Assembly (NCBI GenBank): GCA_977017575.1
Contig: CDRNVI010000156.1
Location: forward strand, 186,001-250,000
Length of the DNA: 64,000 nt
Source of the DNA: Paramoeba atlantica
Lineage: Eukaryota > Protista > Discosea
Direction: 5' to 3'
The position numbers were made by a program, and so were the translations under genes. Positions 47,005 through 59,279 of the stretch are shown here, one piece after another (within the stretch, counting starts at the first letter, position 1; every line of letters begins with the position of its first letter). The notes under the pieces are model-generated. The model had not been told where the DNA came from and did not search any database. It saw only the letters and a list, made by a program, of their open reading frames with translations.

Positions 47005-50000
47005 TGGCCTTGGGGTTGGGTTCTGGTTGGGCCCCCACTCGCATTGCTGGGAAGAGCCCCTTTCCTCGTGAGAATCATGTTGCTGTTGAGTATATGGCTA
47101 AGATTTTTATTTGGGGTGGGTCTCTTGCTGGAAAGGATGTCTCGACGGATTTGAGTGTGCTTAACACAGGTTTTTTTTTGAGTTGTTGTTTTTCCCTTTT
47201 GTTTTTCTCTTTTGTTTTCATGTTTTGTTGTGAAAAACAAACAAAGTTTGGTGTGGATTCATTGCTTTTTTTGGTTGGGTTTGTGTGCCGGGTGTCAAGA
47301 GATGAGTTTGAGAGAAAGAGAGAGGTTTGCGGGTGTTGGCTCCAGTCAATTAAGGAGAAGATCGAAAAGTGAGAAAGATCAAAGATTCAATGAGAAATTT
47401 TCTTTTGATTTTACTCATTTTGTGTGATCCAAAATAGCTGGATTAAAATCATGGAATCAGCCAAAAACTACGGGACGACCTCCGACTGCTCGACACGGAC
47501 ATGCAATGGTTTTGGGCGACAAAAAGATGTATCTTTTTGGGGGAAAAGGTGCCTCCTATTTCAATGACTTTTATGTCTTTAATTGTGCAACTCTTGCTTG
47601 GGCCAAACCTCGTGTCACAGGTAATATTTTGTTTTTTGGTTCTTTTTCTTTTGACCACTTTTTTTTAGCCCTTTTTTTTTTTAATGGTGTACCCATTCAA
47701 AAAAAAACTCTCTCGTTTCGTTGTTTCTTATTTTGTTCTTTTTTTTGAAACAGGGGCACCACCAATGATGCGAAATAACCATAGTTTGGCAATTAAAGCA
47801 AACCAAGTGATCATCTTTGGTGGTTGTTACCTCAAGAAAGCTTTCAATGATGTCGCTGTTTTTGATACATGTATGTTTTATTTTTTGTGGTGGATTTTAC
47901 ACCACCTTTTTTTATTCTCTTTTGTGAATGAAGAAAAAGAAAGCTTGTTGAATGATGTGAAGATTTAATTTTTCTTTTTAGCAAAGAACGCTTTTTCCAC
48001 ACCAAAGGTCTCTGGTACCCCTCCCTCACCTCGTTATGGTCATAATGCTCACGTGATCGGAGATAACATGTATGTGTTTGGTGGGAGTGATGGAAAGAAA
48101 TTTTTCAATGAAATTTATGCGTTGAACATCAAAACATGGGAATGGAGTGAGATTCAACCTTCAAATGCGATTGCCCCACGTGCAGGAGCAACATCAGCTG
48201 TTTATAAGGACCAATTTTTGGTCTTTGGTGGAGAAGGAGGGTCTGGGTACATTAAAAATGAGAATTTAAGCGCATATAATGTTTCAACAAATTCGTGGTC
48301 CACCCTCGGAAACCGAGAAAACCTCCCACACGCTCGAACAGGGGGTATCCTATCTATTTCCGAAAAGAAACATCAGGCATTTTTAGTGGGAGGTTTAGGT
48401 GGACCTGCTGATGATGTTGTGACAATCTTTACCCTTGACTTAAAAGAAATGGCTCTGGTTGACGTCTCAACTAAACCTGGGGACTTTGGTTCCTCCTCTT
48501 CTGCATCCTCTTCTACACCTTCTGTACAGTTACGCAAAAGAGAAGAAGCATCACAGCCAGCAGCTGCGCCTGAATCGACCCCTGCCCCAGCTTCTCCTGC
48601 CCCTGCGAAACAAACTTTTGAGCCTCCTCTTTCACCTCGTGCAGCTCTCGCCTCCACTGAGGATGATCGAAGCTCTGAACTTGCAAGGTTTGTACTTTTT
48701 AATTTATTTTCAGTCTCTCATTTTTCACAAAGAGTTGATTGGAGCTGTTGTCTGTTTTGTTAGTTATTGGTTGTTTGTCAATGGTTGTCTTTTTTTTGAT
48801 TTTTTTTTTGTTTTTCTAAGATTGCAAGCTGCTTTGCAAGCGCAAAAGGCTGCTGCAGCAGAAAGAAGAGAGAAGACAGTCCGTGAGGCCAAAAAGGTTG
48901 AAGCAGAGCTTGACGAAAAAATGAAAAAGGAAATCTCTTCCTTGAAGTCTGAGATTGACTCCATTAAGAGCAAAAATTCTGGGGAAGTTTCATCATTAAA
49001 AGGTAAAATTTAACACATTCTTTTCTTAAAAATCAATAAGTGTTCCACCACCCCACCCCCAACCCCACACTTTTCTCGTAACTCTTTTTTTTTAAATTTT
49101 TCCATAACACACACACACAGATGAAATCGAAAGTTTAAGATCGAAATTGGCTGCTGCAGAGAAAGCGGTAGCTGATACTCCTCCTCCTGCCCCAAAACCA
49201 AAAGAAGACGAGTACGCTTGTCGAAAATGTGGCGAAATCAACCTTCTTGAAGATAAGTTTTGCTGTGGTTGTGGGACGAAATATATTGACGTGAACGAGT
49301 TGACTGCAGAGAACACAAGTTTGAAAGAAAAGTTGAAAAGTGTTGAAGATGGTGCCGCTGTTGCTCCTAATCGAGATGAAGAGGAAAAATTAAAAGTTCA
49401 AGTGAGTGAGTTAGAGGAAGCGCTTAAGTCTGTTCGAGAAGGGTCCAAGAAGGTTGAAGCACAGAATCAAGAACTCAAAGAAAGTGCGAAGCAGCTTGGA
49501 GCGTCACTCAAATCCGCGGAATCGAAAGAGGCAGCTGCTTCTGAGAAACAGAAGACTTTGGCTTCTGAGTGCGAAAATCTCAAAGAAAAGTTAGGGAAAG
49601 CTCAATCTGAGGGAGGTTCTGCTGTCTCAAGCCTTCAAGCTGAGGTTTTTTTATTTTTATTTTTTAAACAATTTGGATTTTTATCTTTTTTTTTTTGAAT
49701 GGATGAAGGGTGTGAAACACAAAATACAAAAATTAAAAGACTCGTTTATTCATATCTTTTTTTTTTTTTTTTTCTTTTTTTTTTTTTAATATCACCAGAT
49801 GTCATCCCTGAAAGAAGAGGTGAAGAAGAAAAACGAAGAAGTTGCTTCTCTCCAATCAGAGTTAGATGAAACAAAAGAAAACCTTGAGAAAACAAACTCG
49901 AAGCTTGCTTCAGTTCGCGATAAACTTGCTTCTGAACAAGAAAAAACAGCCCAGGTTTTCAATCAAGTTTTCAATCTTTTTAGACAAATTTGTGTTTCTG

Positions 50001-51454
50001 ATGTTCCTTTTTCCTTTTAGCTCACAACTGATCGTGATGAATTGAAAGAAAAGACCGGAAACCTGGAGATTGCAAAAGACAAAGCTCTTCGTTCTTGTGA
50101 AGACCTTGAAAAACAACTCCAATTAGCTAAGATGCAATCCTCTGAGGAAGATTCATCCAAAGAAGCACAAGTTCAGCAATTGGCAGATCAAGTACGAGAA
50201 GGACTTGCTGAAAAAGAGAAACTTCAAGTTGATTTGGATTCGTTTAAGTCCAAGATTGTGACTTTGGAAGCTGAATTAGTCAAGTCTGGAGAGGAAGTTA
50301 ACCGTTCTCAAGAAGAGTTAAATGGTATTTTTCTTTTCTTTTTTTCTCTTCTTTCTCCTCCCTTCCTTTTGATTTTTAAATCTAATAAAAAAATCTCTTC
50401 AGGTGTCAAGAGTGAATTAGAGTCAGCAAATAATGAAGTGGAACAATATAAGGCGAAAGCAGACGAGAGCGGCAAAGGTCTTAAAACTGCCAAATCTCGT
50501 TTGGCTGATATCATGAGTGATAACTTGGACTTAAAAGATCAGGTTTTATTTCGAATTTGAAAAAAGAAATGTTACAAAAGGACCAAAGGCTTTTTACTGT
50601 TCGATCAAAACACAATAACAATCGATCAACACCTATCCCACTCACCAAACTATTCAAGAACCAATCAACCGACCATCCAACCAACCATTTTACCAACCAA
50701 CCATTTTACCAACCAAAAAATCAACCAAAAGACTAAAACAACCACATCATACTTTCTTCGAGGAAAACTTATCGTTTTTCAACCTTAGATCAAAGAGATC
50801 CAGAAAGAATTAGAAAATTCGAAACAATCTTCAGGAGATGCTGCTGCGTTGGAAGAGAAACTCGCGAACCTTGAGAAGTTGCACCAAACTGCTGAACAGT
50901 ATGTTCAAGATTCAACAGCAGAAAAACAAGAGCTTGAAACCATTGCTGCTCAACTTCAGGAACAAATCGAAGAGGTATGTTTTTTTTTGATTTTTTTTTT
51001 TCAAGAAAAGAGATTGCTTCTCTTGTTAACATAAAATCTGACACAACACACAAAATAGTTCCAAAAAAAGAACGACGAACTTCAAATCAAAGTGGTCGCT
51101 GCCGAAAAGAAAGCTTCCTCTGGAGGTGGAGGTGGAAAAGGTGGTGGAGGAGGTGCCAGTTCAGCAGAACTTGAAGAAATGAAGGAGAAGTTGAATGAAA
51201 GGAATCAAGAAATCGAAAGGTTAGAACAAGAAGTGGAACAATGGATGGCAGCAAGCGAACAGTTGCAGAAATTGGGAGAAGATGCTGTCAATGAAATCCA
51301 AGAAGAAACAGATCGATTGAGGGAGGAACTTGGTCAATGGCAACAACATTACGATGAGGAAGTGAAGAGAAGGAGGGAAGCTGAAGCTGAGTTGTTGAAT
51401 TCTGAACAGAAATTGAATGATTTGGATAGCATGTTGTCAAGGTTGATGGGTTGA
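47005..51454 (+). CDS. Kelch-repeat protein with long C-terminal coiled coil and a small zinc ribbon
   Basis: Kelch motifs PRENHVAV...IWGG, RHGHAM...YLFGG, RYGHNA...YVFGG, RAGATS...VFGG; CRKCG...CCGCG; heptad-rich C-terminus. Confidence 0.85.
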
Positions 51455-51753
51455 TCACAAAATAAAGGATCGAAAAGTTCGTGTTTCGCGCCAAGAAAAA
51501 AAATCGAAAAAAAAAATAAATTGATCTCGTAAATAGAGACCTATTTTTTAACACTCCAATCTATTTTTTTTCTTCTCTTTTGTGAAAATTCGCCGAAAAA
51601 AATCCAGTCAAAAAGACCTCGCAGTTTTTCGCAACTTTTTTTCTTCTTTTGCTTTTTTTCGTTTTCGCTTTCGCTTTCGCCTTTCGCACGAAACAACACA
51701 AAAACCCACAAACCACAAACCAGAAGACTACTCCGACAAAGTATTCGACAGAG

Positions 51754-52164
51754 ATGGCTGACAATCAAGATTGGAATGTTGTTGTGATCAACAAGAAACA
51801 ACAAAAACCCAAAACCCAAAAAGAAAAAACTGACTACGTTCGGGAACAACAAAGAAGCGGTGGTACTGTTGCTGCTGTCAACAAGGGAGTCACCAACAAG
51901 AAAAAGTCTGGACCAGACAACTACAGCAAGATCGCAAATGCTGAAGAAGCTGGTAGAGTCCAAACCGTTTCGATTGATGTTGCTCGTACAATCCAACAAG
52001 CCAGAAACTCAAAGGGAATGACACAGAAAGAGTTGGCCACCAAAATCAACGAACCCCAACGTACCATCGCTGATTACGAGGCAGGTCGTGCCATTCCATC
52101 CAACCAAGTTCTCGGTAAATTAGAAAGAGTTTTGGGTGTGAAACTTCGAGGAAAAAAGAAGTAA
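51754..52164 (+). CDS. MBF1: Multiprotein bridging factor 1
   Basis: QDWNVVV...; HTH region IQQARNSKGMTQKELATKINE...ADYEAGRAIPSNQVLGKLERVLGVKLRG. Confidence 0.95.
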   Translation: MADNQDWNVVVINKKQQKPKTQKEKTDYVREQQRSGGTVAAVNKGVTNKKKSGPDNYSKIANAEEAGRVQTVSIDVARTIQQARNSKGMTQKELATKINEPQRTIADYEAGRAIPSNQVLGKLERVLGVKLRGKKK

Positions 52165-52344
52165 AAAAACAGAACCCCCAAACAAAATAAAGACAAAATA
52201 ATTTATTGAAACAAAAAGAAATGTTGTTACCCTTGCTTCTCTTTCTTCTCTCTCCTTCTTTCTCTGGCTCTCATTTTTTGAACCACAATTTAATTTATTT
52301 TTTAAATAGATTTTTTTATTTTTAAATATTTTGTTTTTGTTTTT

Positions 52345-53523
52345 TTAAATTGCAACAAGCGGGCGTTTGGCAGGGGCTTCAAGAGAATTCTTTGGAGTTC
52401 CACCACCTCTTTTTCGTTTTCGATTTTGAGAACAAGGTGTTGATGATGGGGTTCCAAATTTCGTCTGAAAAAGACGTTGAGCTCTTTCTTGGACTGTTCC
52501 ACCAATTTTCATGTTTCGTTTTCGAAGTTCTTCTTTTATAACATCCCCACCAAGAGCGTGAAGGTCTTCAACAGTTTCATACTGTGAGAGGTCTATCCCG
52601 ACTGGTGCTGTCTTTTCTTCTTGTGATGCGACTGGGAGTACAGGAGGATCAACAACAGCAACCTTGCGATCCACTTCCCCATCCTTCTTTGTCCGTTTTT
52701 CTTCTGTTTCTTCAGTCTCCTTTTCTGGGGTTTGGGATAACTTCTCTTCTTCTTTTTCATTCTCATCGATGTCTCCATCATCATCGTCATCATCATCATC
52801 ATCATCATCCGAGTCATCAAAATTCAATCCATACTCACCAAAATCAAAACTTTCCTCTTCCTTCTTCTTTTTTTCTTTCTTCTTTTTCTCTCCTTCAATA
52901 GATTCTCCTTCTTCTTTCCCAAATCTCTTTTCTTCTTTTCCACCCTTCTTTTTCGTTGCAATATCCTTGATAGAAGCGGAGATACTATCAACAACAAGAT
53001 CCTTCTCAGATAAGTACTTGTTGACTGTTTCAATCGCAGCCACTTCTTGTTTGGTGACGATGATTTCCTCTTCTTGTTGTTGTCGCTGATTTCTCCTTTC
53101 CTCTTCTCGATTCTGGTTTTCCCACTCTCGAAGATCACGTTCGTTACTCGTGTGGCGTAATCTTCGTCCATCTAAATCTCGACAAGCCCCAAAGTTCGTT
53201 GTTACCACCTGCTTTACTCCTTGGTTTCCTCCTCTAAGAAGAGATCCAAATCCTCCTTTTCCACCAACAACACGAAGACCAATCTCGATATGAGAAATTG
53301 AATCAAGATCAACGGTTTTTTCATTCGAACAAACCGAACCACAGCTGGCGGCAGTATTTCGACGAACCCGAATTAACTGTTCAGAAGGTGGGATTCCCTC
53401 AACATCAAAAAATTTTTCTTGGAGTTGTTGCAATTGAAGAGAAGAAGAAGAAGAAGAAGAACATTCAAAATCGAGAGAGATCGAACGACCATCAGGTCCA
53501 ACAACCAAAACACTTTTCATCAT
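52345..53523 (-). CDS. SDE2: SDE2 homologue, single exon
   Basis: Ubiquitin-like N-terminus ending GGKGGFGSLLR, TTNFGACRDLDGRRLRH, SAP-like GGDVIKEELRKRNMKIGGTVQERAQRLF. Confidence 0.93.
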   Translation of the reverse strand: MMKSVLVVGPDGRSISLDFECSSSSSSSLQLQQLQEKFFDVEGIPPSEQLIRVRRNTAASCGSVCSNEKTVDLDSISHIEIGLRVVGGKGGFGSLLRGGNQGVKQVVTTNFGACRDLDGRRLRHTSNERDLREWENQNREEERRNQRQQQEEEIIVTKQEVAAIETVNKYLSEKDLVVDSISASIKDIATKKKGGKEEKRFGKEEGESIEGEKKKKEKKKKEEESFDFGEYGLNFDDSDDDDDDDDDDDGDIDENEKEEEKLSQTPEKETEETEEKRTKKDGEVDRKVAVVDPPVLPVASQEEKTAPVGIDLSQYETVEDLHALGGDVIKEELRKRNMKIGGTVQERAQRLFQTKFGTPSSTPCSQNRKRKRGGGTPKNSLEAPAKRPLVAI

Positions 53524-53863
53524 ACTTCCTTTTTCTCAACTTTTCACCAAAACGGAAAAAAACAAAACAAAAAAAAAGCCAAGGAAAAGGGTTCTATTTT
53601 TAGAATTCCTGCGCTTTTATTTTCCGCTATTTTTTTATGTGGTTTTTCAAGCGAAATCAAATTATTTTCGAAAGCCAGAAATTTTCTCTTTTATTTTCAG
53701 AATTTGATTTTCTGTTTTGTTCGTTTTTTGTTTTTCATTGAAAGAGAAAAAGAGGGAAGTTTGGTTGAATTGCCTGTTTCTCAGAAAGAGAGGAGGAATT
53801 GAAGGGGAGGGGGAGTTCCGTCCTGATTTTAAAAGATCTTTCTTTTTGAGAACACCAAAAAAA

Positions 53864-56800
53864 ATGGATGTGGAAGATGTGAAAAAAGCGATTCATGAAG
53901 TTTGTCGGCTTCACCCCGCTTGCAAAGGATATTCTTGTAAGTCTGTTTCTTGGGATGATGTGGCTCGCACAGTTTCTGGTTCTGGTACGTGTTTTCTTTC
54001 ATTTCTGTTCTTTCTTTTTTCAATTTTTATTATTTAAAATTCAAATGTTTTGGTTCAATTTCTTCTGAATAGGACTCAGTTGTCTTGGGAGTAATATTAC
54101 AGATTCTCGATTGTGGGAAAAGAATGGCAAATTGTTGTACACAGTTCGTTCAGGTTTTTTTTGCTGTCCTTCTGTTTTATTCATATAATGTCGACTTTTG
54201 AGATCTCTTTTTTATTTTTCAAATCTTCAAGATAATTGGAATGAAAAACTTGGAAAAGTTTCTGCTCATGATATCAAGTTAATTGTTGGAAACACAAACC
54301 CTCAAACGAGTGGTTCTCTTTCAACAATCACTTTATGGGATTTTTTAAAGAATGTTGGGGAGTATGGTTCCTATGCTGGTTTGGATTCAAGCATTTCTTT
54401 GTTGGATGAGTTGCTAGATGATGAAGTGAGCATTCGTTTCCAAACAACATTTTTGCCTTTGGAAGACCCGAAAGAGAGCCCTTCGAACGATCAAGTTGAA
54501 ACGGATAAGAAAAAAGGAACGATGGAATTTTGTGGAGAAGCTTATAATTATAACACTTCCTCCAACGATGACCCACGAAACCTTCTTCTTCTTTGTACCA
54601 CCCAAGGTTTTGCTTTGAATCAAAACAGGACAGGTTTGCAGCGGATTCTGTTTTTTTGTTTATCCTCTTTTGTTTATCCTCTTCAATTTTTTCTGAATGT
54701 ATTTTTCCAGGGTCAGTCCAATTGTTTCACCATCGCTTGAATTCAGAAGGAAAGTTGGAACAATGTTGGCTTGAAGCGGAGAGCACCCGCCATAAGGTTT
54801 CTTTTTTCTGTTTGGACTTCCAAAATGAAAAAGGGGCTCAAGGATTAATGTTGAGATTTTAGGTTGGAGGGGAGCAAGAAGAGAGCCAAGAAGCAGTTCA
54901 AGAAGCAAAAAAGATTGTTGAACAACAAACGGAAGCTGCTGCTCAAGTTGAGAAGAGGGTTCAAGAAGCTCAATCTTCAGGAAATAATGGTTCTTTTTTT
55001 TTTCTTGACTCAAAAGACTCCAAGAAATGACTTTTTTTTCTGATAAAATTTTGAGAATGAAATGTACAAAACGAAGTATTTTAAATTAGTAAAAAAAAGT
55101 ATATCGAATGTCTTCGGTCATACCCAGTTGAAAGCACCCGATCCCATCAGAACTCGGAAGTTAAGCAGCTGTGGGCTCGGTTAGTAGAATGGTGGGTGAC
55201 CACATTCGAATCCCGAGTGCTGAAGACCTTCTCTTTTTTGATCTTTTCTTTTTGTATTTTTGATTTAAAACCTCGAGGAGTAACCATTCTTTTTTTTTTT
55301 AGATGAAGATGAAGTTGCTCAATTGAAAGAGGCTGCGAAGAGGTCCGCAGAGAGACTCCAGAAAGCTCAGGTCTGATCAAATAATTTCCATTTCCTTTTC
55401 TTTGTGCGCTGATTTTTATGGGGACAGGAAGAAGCGAAAGAATCAGAGGAAAAATTTCAAGAAGCTGAAAAAGCTCGAGAAGAAGGTCGAATTTTTTCCT
55501 CATTTTTTCTCATTTTTGACTTTTTTTTGGAGAATTTTCGAGTTTTCTTTTTTTTTTGAGCTGGTTTTGATCTTTTTATTAAAGGAAAGGCAACTTCAGC
55601 TTCAATTGGGACAAATGCAATGGGAACAAGATGCAACGTCCTGATGACAATTCAGGTAAACTTTGTCTTCAATCTTTTAGTCATTGTTCCCCTTTTCTGA
55701 TTGGTTATGGTCAGATCCCGTTGGAGGTTCAACCCAGACCAATTCGACCTTCTTTTTCTTATCTTTGTTCGTTTTTTCCTGAACTTTCTTCCTTCTTTCT
55801 TGAGAGACTCTCATTTTCCTCTTTGGTAGCTAAACCAAAAGAACAACTTGGGAAATATGGGAAAACTGTTGGCATCTCTCTTGGGAATTCTTATTCTTCT
55901 GTTGCGATATGGCAAAATGACAAAGTTGAAGTAATTCCAAATGAGATGGTTTTGTTCTTTCTTTTCTTTTTGTCTCTTTTTTAGGAGTTTTGTGACTCAA
56001 AAGTATCTGAAGGGGAACCGGAGGTTGAGAAGCTCGGTCTGTTTTACTGAAAATGAACGATTAGTTGGGGATTTCGCAGATGCATCTGTTTCTTTTTTTT
56101 TCCTTTCTGTCCTTCTCTTCCTCTTGGAATTGACAATTCATGACTAGAAAACCAATTTTCCTGAAGGATATGTTGGATCTCTCATGAAGTATATTGGCAA
56201 AAAATATTCCGATTTAGATCAAGTTTTTCTATCTTCCCTTTCTTGATTTTCTCTGGGCTCTCCTCAATTACTTTTTGGTAGGAATTAATAGATAATTGCG
56301 TCCCTCTTGAAGTTCAACCAAATGGTTTCTTTAAAATGAAGGTTTTTTTTCTCCATTTCCCCCCAAAACAATCTTCCAAAACACTTTCCTAAAACACAAT
56401 AAAATCCAAAATCTCTTTCGACTTCCTCTAAAAAAAACTTTAGGTAAAATATGCAGGAGAAGAGAAACAATTTTTACCTGAGGAACTTCTTGCAATGATT
56501 ATCTCGGAGCTGAAGGTCACCTTTTCACCTTTTCTTTTGGTTCTCTCACTTTATCTCGATGCTTATCATATTTGTAACTAGGAATCAGCGGAAGAGTATC
56601 TTGGAGATAAGGTCACACACGTTGTCTTGACTGTTCCTGCATATTTTAATGATTCTCAAAGGTAAATTTCTCCTTCTACTACTTTCTGCCCCTCTTTTTT
56701 CAAGAAGAAATGACCATTTTTTTTAAAAAGACAAGCGACAAAAGATGCAGGGATAATAGCAGGTGTTAATGTTATGCGTGTGATAAATGAGCCAACTGCC

Positions 56801-59040
56801 GCTTTGATTTCTGTTGGTATCCTTCTCCTTTTCTCCTTCCCTTTTTCTTTCTTTCTTCCTCCTTTTTTTCCATCTCCTTTTCAATTCTCACGAATAACAC
56901 TTGAACTCTTTTTTTCTCTTGTTATTTATTTGTCTCAAATAAACTTTCCTAAAAATAGGTGCTGACAAAACTTCATATGAAGAGAAAAAGTATATTGTTG
57001 TCGATTTGGGAGGGGAGTCTTTCGATGTGAGTATTTTTTGTGTTGAAGATGGTATTTTCGAAGTTCTGGTATCGCTTTTTTTTCTTTTCTTTTCTTTTTA
57101 ATCTTCTCGTCAAATAGCAAACTCACCTCTGTCTTGTCTGCAGGGGACAGGGGGTGATTCGAAAGAATTGGGTGGAAGAATTTTTGATGAAATTCTCACA
57201 AACCATTTCGTAAACGAAATTAAAAAATCTTTTGGCGTGGTATGAGAAAAGAATAGAAATGGAAAAGAAAGAAAAAGAAAAGAGAGCAGAAGAGAGATTG
57301 AGATTTTCTTTTTCGAGCTGACAATTGTATTAGGATCTTCGGGAGAATAAGAGAGCAGTAAATAGGCTTCAGAGAGCGTGTGAGTCAGTCAAAAAAAGTC
57401 TCTCTTCCTCTCCTTCTGCGTCTCTTGCTCTTGATTGTCTCTTTGAAGTTTTGTTTCTTGTTAATTCTCGAAATTAATAATTTTTTCTAAGATGAATTAT
57501 TTTTAGGGAAAAGATTATGAGACAACTGTGTCAAGGGGGTTATTTGAACATCTTGTTGCTCGTTCATTTGAAAAGTCTTTTTTCTTCCGCTCTTTTCTTC
57601 TAATTTCTTGCTGATTTTTTATCTTAAGGTGCATCAAAATCATTGAGCAAACTCTCGAAACTACTGCAGTCACAAAAGAACAAGTTTGTTTTCAGTTTTT
57701 TGATGCGTTCCTTTTTCAACACAAATTTTGAGAAATTTTGACTCTTTTTTGCAGCTTTCTGGTGTTTATTTGATTGGTGGTTGCGCTTCCATTCCACTCT
57801 TTAAAAAGGTAATTTTTTCTTTGATTTTAGTTTTTAATTTTCTTTCTCAATTGCCAAAAATAAGATGGTCGAAAATTATTTTGGGGAAGATTTGATGCGA
57901 CCTTTAACTGTGAGTCCTGATCTTGCAGTGGTCAGAGGTGCAGCAATTCAGGTTAATTCTTTTCTGCTCTCTCTTTCCTTTCCTCTTGTCTTTTTGAACC
58001 TTTCAAAACAGGCAGCAATTTTATGCGATGGATCCTCTTTTGGAGCTTGTGATCTTTTATTGTTAGATGTATCCCCTCTTTCTCTCGGTATCGGGACTGC
58101 TTGTGGGACAAATCTGTTGCAACCTGATGGGAATCCATGTTTTACAAAGGTATTTTTTCTTTTTGGAAAGAAAGGAGGAACAAAAGAGGGAGTTTTTTGT
58201 TTCATAAAAATTCACTTGTCCTTCTCTTCCCTTTTAATATTTGATTATCTTTCAGGTCATTCCACGAAATACAACAATCCCCACTCACAAATCAGCTGAT
58301 TTTGTGGTCACAACCAATCCAACGGAAGATCTCAGAATTGATATTTTGGAAGGTGAAAGAACGAAAGCCTCAGAAAACAATTTATTAGGATTTGTGGTTC
58401 TTCCCAAAGAAGTTATTTCAGAAAATTCAGTTGTGAACGTGAAAATGGATATCGATGCAAATGGGATCTTGAAAGTGACAGCAGGTGTTGCCGTTAAGAA
58501 TGGAGAGAGAATGGAGAAGTCAGTGATCATTACAAATGATAAAGGGAGACTCTCGCAAGAGGAAATCGAGAAGATGATTCAAGATGCAGAAAAGATGAAA
58601 CAAAATGATTCACTCTTTCAGTTGAAGATGAAAGGTGAGGTTGAGGGTGGCGAAGGGAGAGCTGGGAGAGTAAGTTGTGGGAGTAAAGCAAATGGAGAAT
58701 GGGTTCCGTTGGGAAAGAGTCACCCCAAAAGGGGAAAACAACATTGTACCGTTACTGTCCAATTGTATAATACAATCACAGGTGTGATAATTTCTTTTTT
58801 CTTTTTTTTCAAAAAATTGGTTTACTCAAAATGTTTTTTTTTTTGAAAGGAGGAGCACCAAAATTGGATGATGTTGTTGCTGCAATAAAAGATATGGAGA
58901 TCCTCTATGAGAATTGTGAAGGATGGAAAGGCCGATTGGCAGATTCTGGAGCAGCTTTTATGCAGGAGGATCCATTTGGAGTGCCTGTTGGAGCTGTTGG
59001 AGCAAACCCAGATGCTCCTTTCATTGATGAGGTCGACTGA
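53864..59040 (+). CDS. Fusion protein: uncharacterised domain split by a degenerate Hsp70 (NBD + SBD-beta), multi-exon
   Basis: N-part SWDDVAR...GSNITD...[10 protein letters not shown]...AYNYNT...[12 protein letters not shown]; Hsp70 part [67 protein letters not shown]; C-part [11 protein letters not shown]...[10 protein letters not shown]...FIDEVD*. Confidence 0.7.
55110..55228 (+). rRNA. 5S rRNA: 5S rRNA gene, intronic
   Basis: GTCTTCGGTCATACC...CACCCGATCCCATCAGAACTCGGAAGTTAAGC...GGTTAGTA...GGGTGACC...GTGCTGAAGAC; 5' and 3' ends pair (helix I); T-run follows. Confidence 0.95.
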
Positions 59041-59279
59041 AATTTCTGGTCGAAAAACATTGTTTCGAAAAATTGGTTTGAAACTTTGCGAGGATCCGAA
59101 AAAACCGAATCATTTTGATCTTTACTACATCAAAATAAATTATTTTTTTTGAGAGGGGGGGATTTTTTGTTTTGTAGCAAAGAAAATTCGTGTTCTTTTT
59201 TTCGTTTTTGTGTTTTTGGTGTTCAGCAAAAAAGAGGAGATTTTCTCTTTCCCCTTTCTCTTCTCTTCTTAAGAGATGG

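Noticed and set aside
50620-50730. (CCAA)n / CCAACCATTTTA repeats
   Set aside because: Short intronic microsatellite in the Kelch gene; no telomere-like array or other supporting structure.
52584-53171. Overlapping ORFs with poly-His, poly-Met or poly-Ser runs
   Set aside because: Frame shadows of the Asp/Glu-rich tract of SDE2.
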